Positions 61,519 through 64,000 of a DNA stretch of 64,000 bases are shown in pieces (position 1 is the first letter of the stretch; the number at the start of each line of letters is the position of its first letter). This stretch comes from Prorocentrum cordatum. Lineage: Eukaryota. A model generated the notes under the pieces. That model ran no database searches, had not been told where the DNA came from, and saw only the letters and a program-made list of their open reading frames with translations. Both the position numbers and the translations under genes were made by a program. The stretch spans positions 1 to 64,000 of the forward strand of contig CAUYUJ010000121.1 of the NCBI GenBank assembly GCA_963575745.1, in the 5' to 3' direction.

Positions 61519-63530
61519 AGCCTCGCACAGAGGGCGACTACAATGGCAGCGCACGGCACAGCCAGGGTGGCGCGGTGAGAGGCGCGCCGCCGGGGGATTG
61601 GAGCGGCGGCATTTTGGCCGTTTTCGGCCTCCGGGGGCCCTCGCCGGGCTTCGGGAGAGGCAAAAAACGACTCAGGACGAAAAACGGGTTCCGGGGAAAT
61701 GATCCAGACCTCCAGGGCCCACGCATCGAACAAATTGGAGCAGCCGGATGTCTGGGAAGGGGTACCGAAGGAGGAAAGGTGAGGCTACGGCTTGGAGCTT
61801 TGAGGACGTGGAGGCGTTACGAGGCAACTCCTGGGAGATCTTCATCATGACGACTCAAGGCTATTAGGCCAAAGAGGGGCCACTGAGCCGAATCAGGCCA
61901 TATCGCACCTGGGACTAGGCCGAATCCAGCAAGATTTAGCCAGATTCAGCAGAACTGAGCCGGATTCAGCGGGACTGAGTCAGATTCGGCTGGTTCTCGC
62001 CCAGGGATATACCAGCGTCGACTCTGAGTCTCACCTCCCTGGAATTGCATCCTGAGAAACGGGCTGGAACAATGAGTGAGAGGGGAGACTTGTCTTTCAA
62101 TGGTGAGATTCACCCGACAGCAGCGCAGGTTAACAATCGGCGCGGATCCACTCAACAGTGGTCAGTGAGCTGCACGCGGAGGCCTGGAGCACAGAGTGGG
62201 GCGATACGAATCACCCCTAAGCTACTGTGGAAGGGAGGAAGGAGAGGAGAGAGAGAGAGAGGGCGATAACGAGGACAAGGACGAGAGGAAATGGGGATTT
62301 TGTCTGTCCAGAGCGCGTCCGCGCACGGCCATTCCCGGACCCTCACCACAGCCACCCCTCGTTCTGAAGCTGCGCGCCGTGGGTAAGGAAGGTCGAGGCA
62401 GCACGAGTGCTGAGCGGCAGCACCAGGGTGAATGATCGCGGGCAGGATGGAAGGCGGTGGACAGGAGTAGGTGGTGACATCCGAACCCTACCTCTCCAAG
62501 CCATCGATTCTCCTTAATCGATAGAAGGCGGGGGTGCTCAGGGTTTGAACTTCGCCACGTGTTCGACGAATTCCGAGCCCTACCCCCGCCGTCCATCGAG
62601 ATACCTGAGTCGTTGATCAGCGAGGGCGGGGGTCGCATTCCGCCGCCGAACAGCCACCCCATCGTTCTGGAGCTGTGCGCCGTGGATGATAGGTGGAGCC
62701 GTGCGCCTCTGATAAAGGTCGAGGGAGCACGAGCGCTGAGCGGCAGCACCAGGGCGCCTGAGCGCGGGCAGGGTGGAAGACGGTGGACAGGAGGAGACCT
62801 CTCTTTTTCCATTTTTCGCCGACGACCTGGGATATCGGGTAGGGGGTGGTGGGGGAGGAGGTGACGGCCGATGATAACCCAACCTTGTCGCTTTGGGCAG
62901 CCTCCCGCATGCCCGCGCGCACCAATGCTGCGTACCACTCCAGGTCTGCGCAACCAACAGGGTCGGGGACGAAATCGGCCTCGCTTCCCCCGCTACGAGG
63001 CACGGCACCAGAGCCCTAAGAGGGACGAACATGCCAGATTGAGAAAGTGACCCGCATCGACCAGCTCACGAATCAACGAGCACCGCCTGCAAGAATGCTG
63101 TCGACCGAAACAGCAAGCCTCTGTCGTAAACACCCGGTTAGGTGAGCGTGCAGGAGAGAGGTGAGGACCATCGGAAAACTGCGTACCCGATGGAGCATGG
63201 CACGACAAGTTATAACCAGAGAATTGTTCACAGACCACATCGGCGCACAGCTTTTATGGTGCTGAGTGCTGCCGGTGTCCTGGATACTGCGCATCATCAT
63301 CATCATCATCATCATCACCATCATCATCAGCATCATCATCATCAGCAGCAGCATCATGATCATCGTCATCATCATCATCAGCAGCAGCAGCATCAGCATC
63401 AGCATCATAATCAGCATCAGCATCAGCATCAGCATCACCAGTATCATCAGCATCACCATCATCATCAGCATCATCAGCATCATCAGCATCAGCATCGCCA
63501 TCACCATCACCATCGTGATCATCACCATCG

Positions 63531-63608
<78 letters not shown>

Positions 63609-64000
63609 CCGTCACCGCCATCGTCCTCATACTGATCATCGTCCTCATTACGGCTGCCCTCCAGCCTGGAGACACGAGGTGGCACTTAGGACGGCCTCCC
63701 GGCCCCCCTGGAACGGTCGCCAAGCAGGCTACTGGGCCGGCACGCTGGGGCGCCGAAGAATGCCGACGGCTACCTGGTAGAGTCTGTATTCGAATAACAG
63801 AAGAGGAGAAAACGCCATAAACATAAACTTTTGGCGCTCCGCGCGGATTCCTTGGATCTGCGCTGGGCGCGCGGAGCGCGCCAGTGGCGGCGCCCGAGGC
63901 GCCGCCGGGGGGCCCAGCGCGGATCCAAGAAATCCGCGTGGAGCGCCAAAAGTTTAGCTTTTCAAATGGCGTGTTTCCTGCTTCGATACTTAAGGGACCC

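Noticed and set aside
1..64000. tRNA, rRNA, transposase or prokaryotic operon/defence genes
   Set aside because: None recognisable by eye; tRNAscan-SE, Infernal and HMM searches would be needed to exclude them formally.

Overview
Repeat-dense, GC-rich eukaryotic DNA, almost certainly dinoflagellate. It carries a perfect 22-nt dinoflagellate spliced leader (35116-35137) and GC/GA splice donors; a Prorocentrum-like source is a guess. Nearly all long ORFs in the track are microsatellite artefacts. By hand I reconstructed an internal piece of one large minus-strand gene: 13 small exons (54-123 nt, about 1.08 kb, about 359 codons) across 5764-60971, joining in frame, with 10 GC, 1 GA and 2 GT donors. 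From memory the peptide resembles giant protist DUF3638/DUF3645-family proteins (unverified). Its 13.3-kb intron holds an antisense, decayed but 5'-complete LINE (ORF1; APE-RT-ZnF-RNase H-ZnF) that begins exactly with the spliced leader and sits in a (CCT)n tract. The introns are otherwise filled with more than a dozen families of short palindromic (TIR) elements, many flanked by direct repeats of variable length (6-22 bp), plus microsatellites and older RT remnants.
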